Under the pieces are notes generated by a model, which did not search any database, was not told the DNA's origin, and saw only the letters and a program-made list of their open reading frames with translations. This document shows positions 15,336 to 24,775 of a DNA stretch of 64,000 nucleotides, one piece after another; the first letter of the stretch is position 1, and every line of letters begins with the position of its first letter. The translations under genes were made by a program, and so were the position numbers. This DNA comes from Candidatus Limivicinus sp. (GTDB lineage: Bacteria; Bacillota; Clostridia; Oscillospirales; Oscillospiraceae). The stretch lies in contig JAZQCO010000084.1 of the NCBI GenBank assembly GCA_045546335.1, positions 564 through 64,563 of the forward strand, given 5' to 3'.

Positions 15336-17462
15336 ATGAACCGTACCATTTCCCAGGGGCGCGTGACCGCGATGGTCGTATTCCTTGCGACAGCGCTCTC
15401 CATCTATCTCTTCTTCCTCTATCAGCTCCAGATCGTCGAGGGCGAGGCGTACTACAACCGCTCCAACCTCATCTCCGACGAGACGACCGTCGTGACCGCC
15501 GCACGCGGGAACATCCTCGACCGCTACGGCCGTCTGCTCGTGAGCAACAAGGAGTGCTACAACCTGAAGATCGACAACGTCAAGCTCTTCTCGAACGTCG
15601 ATGCCAACGAGACGATCCTGCAGCTTGTGCGTATGGTGCAGAGCTTCGGCGACAGCTATAACGACGATCTGCCGATCTCCGCCGCGCCCCCCTTCGAGTA
15701 TGACCCGAACATGACCGACATCGAGCGCACGATGCTCGAGGCATATTTCGCCGACAAGGCCGACGCGCTGCCGAAAAATCCCAGCGCCGTGGAGCTCATG
15801 AGCTATATGCGCGAGCGCTATTCGATCGACAACAGCTACACCGCCGAGGAAATGCGCATCATCGCGGGCGTGCGCTATTCGATCAATGTGCGCTACGCGG
15901 TCAACACCGCCGACTATCTCTTCGTCGAGGACGCGAGTATGCAGCTTATCAGCTCCATCATGGAGAACAAGCTCAGCGGTATCGAGGTCGAGCGCGCCTA
16001 TGTGCGTGACTACGGCACCGAGTACGCCGCGCATCTGCTGGGCTATGTGGGACTGATGACGCAGGAGGAGTTCGAGCGCTATTCGCTGCTCAAGTATGCC
16101 AACGACGCCATGGTCGGCAAGGACGGTGTGGAGTACACCTTCGAGGAGCAGCTTCACGGCAAGGACGGCAAGGCGACCGTCACGCGCAGCCCCGGCGGCA
16201 CCATCCTCGCCACGGTCTACGAGGAGGAGCCGGAACCGGGCAACCACATCTATCTGACCATCGACCTCGCCTTGCAGGAGCAGGTGGAGAAGATCCTCAG
16301 CCACGGCATGGATATCATGGTCTCCGACCGCCTGCAGGAGCGCGAGGAGGGACTCGCGCGCGGGGACTATAACCCCGATATGAAGGACGAGATCACGGGC
16401 GCGGCCATCGTGGTGGTGAATGTGCGCACGGGGGAGCCGCTCGCGATTGCGAGCTGGCCGACCTTCGATGTGTCCACCGTCATCGAAAACTACGCCGAAT
16501 ACCTCGCCACGCCCAACGCCCCGCTCTTCAACCGCGCCCTGATGGGCACCTACGCCCCCGGCTCCACCTTCAAGCCCTGCGTCGCCATCGCCTCGCTGAC
16601 CGAGGGCATCATCAACACCGAGTTCAAGGTCAAGTGCCAGGGCGTGTACACCAAGTACGCCGACCAGGGCTACGCGCCGGAATGCTGGATCTGGCGCGCG
16701 GGCAAGAACCCCAAGGAGCACCTGACGCACGGTGAGGACAACGTCACCGCCGCGCTGCGCGACTCCTGCAACTACTTCTTCTACACCATCGGCGAGCAGC
16801 TCGGCGTTGACGCGATGGGCGAGTATGCCCACGATTTCGGCCTGGGCATGCCGACCGGCATCGAGCTGGTCGAGGCGACCGGTAATATGTCCAACCAGGC
16901 AAACCACGCCGACTACACCGGTACCCAGTGGCGAATCGGTGATACGATGCAGGCCGCCATCGGCCAGTCCGACTCCGTGTTCACGCCGCTGCAAATCGCC
17001 GAGTACTGCGCGACCGTCGCCAACGGCGGCACGCGCTACTCCGCCTCCATCCTCAAGAGCGTGCGCAGCTTTGATTACAGCGAGAAGGTCTACGAGCGCG
17101 AGCCGACCGTCATGGCGAAGATCAACTCCGCCGACTACAACTGGGACGCCGTGCACAAGGGCATGTACGCCGTGCTGCACGACTGGTCGGTCAACGAGGC
17201 CAATGCCAAGTGGTGGGCGGACTGCGCCTGGGAGGTCGCCGGCAAGACCGGAACCGCTCAGAAGGGCGAGGGCATCACCAACGACGGTATTTTCATGTGC
17301 TATGCCCCCTATGATAACCCCGAGGTCGCCATCGCCGTCGTCGTCGAACGAGGCGGCGCCGGCGCCAACACGCAGTTCATGGCGCGCCAGGTCATGGATG
17401 CGTATATCAACATCCGCAGCTACAGCGACACCTCCGAGGAGACCATGACGCTGCTCAAGTGA
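15336..17462 (+). CDS. mrdA: penicillin-binding protein 2 (elongasome transpeptidase)
   Basis: 708-aa ORF. N-terminal TM anchor, PBP dimer domain, and the transpeptidase motifs STFKP (SxxK), SCN (SxN) and KTGTA. Confidence 0.9.
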   Translation: MNRTISQGRVTAMVVFLATALSIYLFFLYQLQIVEGEAYYNRSNLISDETTVVTAARGNILDRYGRLLVSNKECYNLKIDNVKLFSNVDANETILQLVRMVQSFGDSYNDDLPISAAPPFEYDPNMTDIERTMLEAYFADKADALPKNPSAVELMSYMRERYSIDNSYTAEEMRIIAGVRYSINVRYAVNTADYLFVEDASMQLISSIMENKLSGIEVERAYVRDYGTEYAAHLLGYVGLMTQEEFERYSLLKYANDAMVGKDGVEYTFEEQLHGKDGKATVTRSPGGTILATVYEEEPEPGNHIYLTIDLALQEQVEKILSHGMDIMVSDRLQEREEGLARGDYNPDMKDEITGAAIVVVNVRTGEPLAIASWPTFDVSTVIENYAEYLATPNAPLFNRALMGTYAPGSTFKPCVAIASLTEGIINTEFKVKCQGVYTKYADQGYAPECWIWRAGKNPKEHLTHGEDNVTAALRDSCNYFFYTIGEQLGVDAMGEYAHDFGLGMPTGIELVEATGNMSNQANHADYTGTQWRIGDTMQAAIGQSDSVFTPLQIAEYCATVANGGTRYSASILKSVRSFDYSEKVYEREPTVMAKINSADYNWDAVHKGMYAVLHDWSVNEANAKWWADCAWEVAGKTGTAQKGEGITNDGIFMCYAPYDNPEVAIAVVVERGGAGANTQFMARQVMDAYINIRSYSDTSEETMTLLK

Positions 17463-17571
17463 AAAACGAAAAATGAAAAGTGAAAAATTAAGGTGCCGCT
17501 GCGCGGCGATTCCATTTCGTGCCCGAAGGGCACACCATAACTTTTCATTTTTATCTTTTCATTTTTCACTT
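17460..17571. repeat. family B A-arm/T-arm element (copy B2)
   Basis: GAAAAACGAAAAATGAAAAGTGAAAAAT, then GCCGC-TGC-GCGGC (17495..17507), then GTGCCC-GAA-GGGCAC (17519..17533), then CTTTTCATTTTTATCTTTTCATTTTTCAC. Begins on the PBP2 stop codon. Confidence 0.7.
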
Positions 17572-17623
17572 CCCCGCGGAGTTTCCATTCTGTCAAATGC
17601 CGGTGATAATCGCAATTTTAGTG

Positions 17624-17652
17624 TTGCAGTTTCCGATTATTCCGTTTATAAT
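17624..17652 (+). promoter_or_regulatory. putative sigma-A promoter for mgsA-hisS-aspS
   Basis: TTGCAG-17 nt-TATAAT, about 40 nt upstream of the mgsA ATG. Confidence 0.5.
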
Positions 17653-17692
17653 AGTACTAATATAGAGTATTGCCTCAGAACGGAGTGAGAGT

Positions 17693-18097
17693 ATGAATAT
17701 TGCTTTGATGGCTCACGACAGAAAAAAGGAACTGATGGTGCAGTTTTGCATCGCCTACTGCGGCATTTTGTCCGAACACAGCCTCTGCGCCACGAACGTG
17801 ACGGGCAAGCTGGTTTCGGAGGCGACGGGGCTGCCGATCACGCTGTATCTGCATGCCGACCAGGGCGGCGCGGAGCAGATCGGGCGGCGCATCACGTTCA
17901 ATGAGATCGACCTGGTGCTCTTCTTCTGCGATCCCGCCAACCCCAAGGGCTTTGAGGATATCAACAAGGTCGAGCGCCTGTGCGACCAGTATCAGATCCC
18001 CTTCGCCACCAACGCCGCCACGGCGGAGGTGCTGGTGCAGGGGCTGCGCCGGGGCGACCTCGACTGGCGCAACATCGTCAATCCCCAGAGACGCTGA
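17693..18097 (+). CDS. mgsA: methylglyoxal synthase
   Basis: 134-aa ORF. IALMAHDRKKELM, ATNVTGKLV and LVLFFCDP blocks typical of MgsA. Confidence 0.85.
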   Translation: MNIALMAHDRKKELMVQFCIAYCGILSEHSLCATNVTGKLVSEATGLPITLYLHADQGGAEQIGRRITFNEIDLVLFFCDPANPKGFEDINKVERLCDQYQIPFATNAATAEVLVQGLRRGDLDWRNIVNPQRR

Positions 18098-18168
18098 GGA
18101 ACAAATGGATAGAACGCCGCGGCAGAACCCTGCCGCGGCACTGTGCTGTCATAAAGGAGAATAGTTTT

Positions 18169-19527
<1,359 letters not shown>

Positions 19528-19566
19528 AGCCATATATCATTAATTATACAAGGAGAGAAAACCGTT

Positions 19567-21345
19567 ATGTTCCAGTCCCGTACCCATACCTGCGGAGAGC
19601 TCCGCATGGAGCACGTCGGCCAGACGGTCAAGATCGTCGGCTGGATGGAGACTGTGCGCGAGGTCGGCAACAACTTCGGCTTCGTCGTCGTGCGCGACTT
19701 CTACGGCACCACTCAGGTCGTCGTCGAGAACGCCGAGATGGCCGCCATCTTCAAGGGCATCACCAAGGAGAGCACGATCTCGGTCGAGGGCGTTGTGCGC
19801 GAGCGCGACAGCAAGAACCCCAAGCTCCCCACCGGCGATATCGAGGTCGTCCCCGAGAAGGTCGAGGTTCTCGGCCGCTGCCGCTATAACGAGCTGCCCT
19901 TTGAGATCAACCGCAGCCGCGAGGCGGACGAGGCGCAGCGCCTCAAGTACCGCTATCCCGATCTGCGCAACCCCGCCGTGAAGAAGAACATCGTCCTGCG
20001 CTGCAACGTGGTCTCCGCGCTGCGCGCGGCGATGACCGCCCACGGCTTCCTCGAGATCACCACCCCGATCCTCACGGCCTCCTCACCCGAGGGCGCGCGT
20101 GACTATCTGGTGCCCGCGCGCAAGCACCCCGGCAAGTTCTATGCTCTGCCGCAGGCGCCGCAGCAGTTCAAGCAGCTTTTGATGACCTCGGGCTTCGACC
20201 GCTACTTCCAGATTGCCCCCTGCTTCCGCGACGAGGACGCGCGCGGCGACCGCAGCCCCGGCGAGTTCTACCAGCTCGATATGGAGATGGCCTTCGCCAC
20301 GCAGGACGACGTGTTCGCCGTGCTCGAGGACGTGCTGCCCCCGATCTTTGCCAGGTTCGGCACCTATCATATCGCCTCCTCCGCGCCCTTCAAGCGCATC
20401 CCCTACCTCGAGGCGATGGAGAAGTACGGCTCCGACAAGCCCGATCTGCGTATCGACCTGCTGGTCGATGACGTGACCGCCGCCGTCGCGGGCGTGGACT
20501 TTGCCCCCTTTGCCGCGGGCAACACCGTGAAGGCGATCGCCGTGAGCGGCTGCGCGCTGACGCGCAAGCAGATCGACAAGCTCTGCGCCGATGTCGAGGT
20601 GCAGTCCGGTGCGAAGCCGTATTGGGCGAAGGTCGAAAACGGCGCGTTTGTCGGCGGCGTCGCGAAGTTCCTGAACGACAGATTCGCCGCCCTCGGCGAG
20701 ACGCTGAACCTTGCCGACGGCACGCTTGTCGTCTTTGCAGCCGGCAAGCACGATCAGGCGGTCAAGACCGCCGGTGTCGCGCGCAAGATGCTCGGCGCGG
20801 CGGTGCCGGGTCACATGGACAAGGAGCGCTACGAGTTCTGCTGGATCGTCGATTTCCCGATGTACGAGATCGGCGAGGAGTCCGGCGAGCTGGAGTTCTG
20901 CCACAACCCGTTCTCGATGCCCTCCGGCGGCCTGGACGTGCTGCTCAAGGCCGAGCGCGGCGAGCTCGCCCCGCTCACCATCACCGCCGACCAGTACGAC
21001 CTCGTGTGCAACGGCGTGGAGCTCTCCTCCGGCGCTGTGCGTAACCACGATCCCGAGATCATGGTCAAGGCCTTCGAGATGGTGCGCCTCGGCGAGGAGG
21101 ACGTGAAGAAGAAGTTCCCCGCCATGTACAACGCCTTCTGCTACGGCGCGCCCCCGCACGCGGGCATTGCGCCGGGCGTGGATCGTATGGTCATGCTGCT
21201 TGCGGGGGAGGATTCGATCCGCGAGGTCATCCCCTTCCCGATGAACAAGAGCGCGCAGGACGTGATGATGGGCGCGCCCTCCGAGGTCACGCAGAAGCAG
21301 CTCGACGAACTGCATATCGCAGTGGTCGGAGAGAGCGAAGAATAA
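19567..21345 (+). CDS. aspS: aspartate--tRNA ligase
   Basis: 592-aa ORF. OB-fold N-terminus, FYALPQAPQQFKQLLM, FQIAPCFRDEDARGDRSPGEFYQLDMEM and GAPPHAGIAPGVDRMVMLL (class IIb motifs). Confidence 0.95.
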   Translation: MFQSRTHTCGELRMEHVGQTVKIVGWMETVREVGNNFGFVVVRDFYGTTQVVVENAEMAAIFKGITKESTISVEGVVRERDSKNPKLPTGDIEVVPEKVEVLGRCRYNELPFEINRSREADEAQRLKYRYPDLRNPAVKKNIVLRCNVVSALRAAMTAHGFLEITTPILTASSPEGARDYLVPARKHPGKFYALPQAPQQFKQLLMTSGFDRYFQIAPCFRDEDARGDRSPGEFYQLDMEMAFATQDDVFAVLEDVLPPIFARFGTYHIASSAPFKRIPYLEAMEKYGSDKPDLRIDLLVDDVTAAVAGVDFAPFAAGNTVKAIAVSGCALTRKQIDKLCADVEVQSGAKPYWAKVENGAFVGGVAKFLNDRFAALGETLNLADGTLVVFAAGKHDQAVKTAGVARKMLGAAVPGHMDKERYEFCWIVDFPMYEIGEESGELEFCHNPFSMPSGGLDVLLKAERGELAPLTITADQYDLVCNGVELSSGAVRNHDPEIMVKAFEMVRLGEEDVKKKFPAMYNAFCYGAPPHAGIAPGVDRMVMLLAGEDSIREVIPFPMNKSAQDVMMGAPSEVTQKQLDELHIAVVGESEE

Positions 21346-21350
21346 GCAGT

Positions 21351-21524
21351 GAATTAAAAATGAAAAGCGAAAAATGAAAAATTGAGGTGTGCCGCGATGC
21401 GGCACGGATGGAATGGATGACCTCTCCCGTGGCGCTGTCTGCGAAAGGGGTGGAGGCCATCTGTTCCAATCCGTCCGCGGAGCGGACTCCATAATTTTTC
21501 ATTTTTCATTTTTAGTTTTTCATT
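21351..21524. repeat. family B element, expanded variant (copy B3)
   Basis: AAAAATGAAAAGCGAAAAATGAAAAAT, then GTGCCGC-GAT-GCGGCAC (21389..21405), then an extra internal inverted repeat (GGATGGAATGGATGACCTC ... GAGGCCATCTGTTCCAATCC), then GTCCGC-GGA-GCGGAC (21473..21487), then ATTTTTCATTTTTCATTTTTAGTTTTTCAT. Confidence 0.7.
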
Positions 21525-21542
21525 GATTTGAGAGGTGAAACC

Positions 21543-23054
21543 ATGCTCGCCAGTATCCGCAGCTTTGGCGTGAGCGGGATCGGGGGCTTCCCGGTGTCGG
21601 TGGAGGTGTACATCTCCAACGGCCTGCCGAACTTCGACGTGGTGGGTCTGCCGGATGCCGCCGTCAAGGAGTCCCGCGAGCGCGTGCGCGCCGCCATCAA
21701 GAATAACGGCCGCCGCTTCCCGGTCAGCCGCATCACGGTCAACCTCGCCCCCGCCGACAAGAAGAAGGCCGGCACGGTCTATGATCTGCCGATCCTCGTG
21801 GGCATCCTCGCGGCAAACGGCGATGTGCGTCTGCCGGACGAGAGCTGCGGCTTCTTCGGGGAGCTGTCATTGAGTGGGGAGCTGCGGGCGGTGCCCGGCG
21901 CGCTGCCGATGGCGCTCAGCGCCGCGCGCGAGGGCGTGAAGACGCTCTTCGTCCCGGCGGAGAACGCGCTCGAGGCCGCCTTCGCCGAGGGCGTGACGGT
22001 CTATCCCGTCCATACGGTCAGCGAGCTGCTGCGCCATCTCAGCGGTGAGGAGGCGATCAGCCCCAGTGAGCCGCCCTCACCCGAGAGCGGGCGCGAGCAT
22101 ATCCCGGATTTTGCCGACGTGAAGGGGCAGGAGAACGTCCGCCGCGCGCTGGAAATCGCCGCTGCCGGCGGGCACAATATCCTGCTGATCGGCCCTCCCG
22201 GCGCGGGCAAGTCCATGATGGCCAAGCGTCTGCCGGGCATTCTCCCGGACATGAGCCGTGAGGAGATGATCGAGGCCACGGAGATCCACTCCGTCGCCGG
22301 TCTCACAAGCCCCGGACACCCCATCGTCTCGACCCGTCCCTTCTGCGCGCCGCACCATACGGTGTCCACCGTCGGCCTCGCGGGCGGCGGCACCTTCCCG
22401 CGCCCCGGCCAGGTCAGCATCGCCCACCTCGGCGTGCTCTTTCTCGACGAGCTGCCGGAATTTAAGAACGAGGCGCTCGAGGTGCTGCGCCAGCCGCTCG
22501 AGGACGGGGTCGTCACGGTCTCGCGCGCGGCGGGGACGGTGAGCTTCCCGAGCCGCTTCATGCTGGTGTGCGCGATGAACCCCTGCAAGTGCGGCTGGTA
22601 CGGGCACCCCTCGGGGCGGTGCCACTGCTCGATCCAGGACGTGCGGCGCTACCACAGCCGCATCTCCGGCCCGCTGCTCGACCGCATCGACCTGATCGTC
22701 GAGGTGCCCGCGCTCGAGTATGAGCAGCTTCGCATCCGCCGCAGCGCCGAGCCCTCGGCGGCGATCAAGGCGCGCGTGGACGCGGCGCGCGCCATACAGC
22801 GGCGGCGCTTCGGCGTGGACGGCACGATGATCAACGCCCACATGAACCCCGCCGCGCTGCGGGAATACTGCGCGCTGGACGCGGAGGGCGACGGCCTGAT
22901 GCGCGCCGCCTTCGCGTCGCTGGGGCTCTCGGCGCGCAGCCACGACCGCATCCTGCGCGTGGCGCGCACGATCGCCGATCTCGCCGGAAGCGAGACCATC
23001 CGCCCCGAGCACCTCGCCGAGGCGATCCAGTACCGCAGCTTTGAATTTGAATAA
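21543..23054 (+). CDS. comM: YifB/ComM-family Mg-chelatase-like AAA+ ATPase
   Basis: ATG at 21543 after GAGAGGTG. Lon-like N-terminal domain (VGLPDAAVKESRERV), Walker A GPPGAGKSM, GVLFLDELPEF and a C-terminal HDRILRVARTIADLAG helix. Confidence 0.9.
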   Translation: MLASIRSFGVSGIGGFPVSVEVYISNGLPNFDVVGLPDAAVKESRERVRAAIKNNGRRFPVSRITVNLAPADKKKAGTVYDLPILVGILAANGDVRLPDESCGFFGELSLSGELRAVPGALPMALSAAREGVKTLFVPAENALEAAFAEGVTVYPVHTVSELLRHLSGEEAISPSEPPSPESGREHIPDFADVKGQENVRRALEIAAAGGHNILLIGPPGAGKSMMAKRLPGILPDMSREEMIEATEIHSVAGLTSPGHPIVSTRPFCAPHHTVSTVGLAGGGTFPRPGQVSIAHLGVLFLDELPEFKNEALEVLRQPLEDGVVTVSRAAGTVSFPSRFMLVCAMNPCKCGWYGHPSGRCHCSIQDVRRYHSRISGPLLDRIDLIVEVPALEYEQLRIRRSAEPSAAIKARVDAARAIQRRRFGVDGTMINAHMNPAALREYCALDAEGDGLMRAAFASLGLSARSHDRILRVARTIADLAGSETIRPEHLAEAIQYRSFEFE

Positions 23055-23082
23055 TAATAAGTATAGAGTGTGAAAAGGCATA

Positions 23083-23119
23083 CTGAGTAGGGGCGACTAT
23101 CATTGTCACCCCTACTCAG
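23083..23119. repeat. GTAG-headed REP-like hairpin at the comM/islet junction
   Basis: CTGAGTAGGGG-CGACTATCATTGTCA-CCCCTACTCAG: 11-bp stem carrying the same GTAGGGGCG head as the family A repeats. Confidence 0.5.
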
Positions 23120-23215
23120 GAAACTGTGTTTCACGCTTCACCTGGGTGAATCCGTGACCATGTACATTGCGCTTGATTAAGATACGAATAAGATACGGAT
23201 TTATTGATAACAGGG

Positions 23216-23260
23216 AAAAACACAGCGGTGATTTGATAGTCAACTCACCGCTGTGTTTTC
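23216..23260. terminator. bidirectional terminator downstream of islet gene 23279..23944
   Basis: AAAAACACAGCGGTGA-13 nt loop-TCACCGCTGTGTTTT, with an A-run and a T-run on the two sides. Confidence 0.65.
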
Positions 23261-23278
23261 TATTCTGCACTGACAGTT

Positions 23279-23944
23279 TTATTCCCCGAGCCTTGCTGAA
23301 ATAATTCCGGAAGCATCCTTCTGAAAAGTTAAAGGGGTAGGAATGTTTGCAAATTCATTAATAAAAGAAGTGTTTGCAATTTCATTGAGAATGGAAGAAA
23401 TGACAGTGCTTTCGGGGAAGGTCTTTCCACAGGAGAAGGGGAGAAAGCAGTTCAGTGTTACCATCCCTTCTGCATCTGACCGTTTCAGATCGTTTATCAA
23501 GTCATTAAAGAATCGTGAAACGGTTTTATATGATCCAAATATACTGTAATACTGCATTTTTTGGGATCGCTGCTCAATTTCAAGGCTCTTTCTGTGAAAA
23601 GCATCAAGTGCTTTTTCAAAGGATTCTGGATCATAGGTAGATGAATTGTCGGAGAATAGTTGAGCACGATACTCTTCTTTTGCTGTTTCTGCTATTTGAA
23701 ACCATGAAAAACTTCCATCATCGTTGAATTCAAAAGTAATGTGTACTCCATCTGAGCGAGAGTAGATAAGGATTAAGCCACTGCATCGAATGTGCCCGGC
23801 ATCCTCGATGACAAGCATAGTTTCCTGGAATGCTACGGATTGACAAAAAGCATTTGCAACGGTGGTGTTTGTGTCCTTACTTGAACTAGATGGAGCGAAA
23901 AGAGCCCAAATTAAGGCAATAATAAACACAAAAAGAAATATCAT
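23279..23944 (-). CDS. hypothetical membrane-anchored/secreted protein (islet gene)
   Basis: 221-aa ORF with AT-rich codon usage. N-terminal hydrophobic helix MIFLFVFIIALIWALFAP followed by a Ser/Thr-rich linker and a soluble domain. No recognisable motif. Confidence 0.6.
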   Translation of the reverse strand: MIFLFVFIIALIWALFAPSSSSKDTNTTVANAFCQSVAFQETMLVIEDAGHIRCSGLILIYSRSDGVHITFEFNDDGSFSWFQIAETAKEEYRAQLFSDNSSTYDPESFEKALDAFHRKSLEIEQRSQKMQYYSIFGSYKTVSRFFNDLINDLKRSDAEGMVTLNCFLPFSCGKTFPESTVISSILNEIANTSFINEFANIPTPLTFQKDASGIISARLGE

Positions 23945-23971
23945 TTTATTAATCAGATTATAGAATAATGC

Positions 23972-24142
23972 CTAGACCGAATATCTAAACTGCTTTATCA
24001 GCCACTTCACATCGTCGTTGATGCCATATTTAGCGATTAGCTGTTTTTGAATTTGCCGCAGCGCCTCCTTGTCGCCGGAATCGTTTGCTGCTTTAATTGC
24101 AGCGAGATAAAGATTATACTCTTTCGCGGGAACACTGTCCAT
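23972..24142 (-). CDS. hypothetical small helical protein (islet gene)
   Basis: ATG at 24142 sits 9 nt after TAAGGAGG. The 56-aa product is MDSVPAKEYNLYLAAIKAAND...KWLIKQFRYSV, 27 nt upstream of the 221-aa gene. The longer ORF-track start at 24193 lies inside the operator region. Confidence 0.45.
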   Translation of the reverse strand: MDSVPAKEYNLYLAAIKAANDSGDKEALRQIQKQLIAKYGINDDVKWLIKQFRYSV

Positions 24143-24166
24143 TTTGCGTTTCCTCCTTATAATAAG

Positions 24167-24240
24167 TTGACATTCACTAAATGTCATATTCAATCATATC
24201 ATAACACATAATATTTCCGTTGACAAGCACTAAATGTCAA
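24167..24240. promoter_or_regulatory. divergent promoter region with two near-identical palindromic operators
   Basis: TTGACATTCACTAAATGTCA (24167..24186) and TTGACAAGCACTAAATGTCAA (24220..24240). Each is a TGACA...TGTCA inverted repeat overlapping a TTGACA hexamer. They lie between the XRE gene and the divergent 2-gene operon. Confidence 0.55.
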
Positions 24241-24251
24241 GGAGGAGTATT

Positions 24252-24539
24252 ATGTTTATCAATAAAACAAGAGGGGGAAGAAACAACCTCTGCGGAATAG
24301 AAGTTAGTCGCCGCAGAAAAGAAATGCGTATGTCTCAGCGGGAGCTTGCGGACAGATTGCAGGTAGCGGGTCTGGACGTAGATAAAAACGCCATCCAGCG
24401 CATCGAGTCCGGACAGCGTTTTGTGACAGATATTGAATTGGTATATCTCAGCAGGACATTGAATGTTTCGTTCGCGGATTTGCTGCAAGTGAAAGAGGTG
24501 TACGGATTTGCTGCAAGTGAAAGAGGGGACTTGATTTGA
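24252..24539 (+). CDS. XRE-family HTH transcriptional regulator (islet repressor candidate)
   Basis: ATG at 24252 sits 6 nt after AGGAGG. RRKEMRMSQRELADRLQVAGLDVDKNAIQRIESGQR is a Cro/C1-type HTH. The C-terminal tail is altered by a 28-bp tandem duplication. Confidence 0.8.
   Translation: MFINKTRGGRNNLCGIEVSRRRKEMRMSQRELADRLQVAGLDVDKNAIQRIESGQRFVTDIELVYLSRTLNVSFADLLQVKEVYGFAASERGDLI
24475..24526 (+). repeat. 28-bp-period tandem duplication inside the 3' end of the XRE gene
   Basis: CGGATTTGCTGCAAGTGAAAGAGG at 24475..24498 and again at 24503..24526, separated by TGTA. Confidence 0.85.
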
Positions 24540-24640
24540 AGAGAAAAATAGAGTATAAAAATAAGGATAGTTTCGCATCCCGCCGACGGAGGCGGTGATG
24601 CGAATGTGAAGCAGATGAGGATACAGGCACGAAGAAAGCA

Positions 24641-24757
24641 AATCCTGCCGCCTTACGCGACTGCTGCGCGCTGGACGAGGAGGGGACAAGCTCATGCGCG
24701 CCGCCTTTGCGTCACTGGGCTCTCGCCGAGGCGATCCAGTACCGCAGCTTTGAATTT
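24641..24757 (+). pseudogene. decayed duplicate of the comM 3' end
   Basis: 24664..24727 aligns with 22868..22932, with substitutions and one indel. The equivalent of about 22934..23013 is missing. The last 35 nt are identical to 23014..23048. No intact reading frame. Confidence 0.7.
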
Positions 24758-24775
24758 AACGGGTAGGAGAGAGAC

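Larger units (their letters stand above)
23055..24757. mobile_element. low-GC genomic islet (likely remnant of an integrated element) in the comM 3' end, bounded by a duplicated comM tail
   Basis: There is an abrupt shift to AT-rich sequence. A 35-bp perfect direct repeat, TCGCCGAGGCGATCCAGTACCGCAGCTTTGAATTT, occurs at 23014..23048 and 24723..24757, and further diverged comM-tail homology lies at 24641..24727. No recombinase gene is present. Confidence 0.55.

Noticed and set aside
18098-18168. T-box leaders upstream of hisS and aspS, as in the Bacillus hisS-aspS operon.
   Set aside because: Only 71 nt separate mgsA from hisS and 39 nt separate hisS from aspS. That is too short for a T-box, and no specifier or T-box sequence was seen. 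The genes appear to be co-transcribed with mgsA.
23055-24757. Calling the comM islet an intact prophage, ICE or transposon.
   Set aside because: There is no integrase, recombinase, transposase or structural phage gene. Only a regulator and two small unknown genes are present. It is reported as an islet or remnant.
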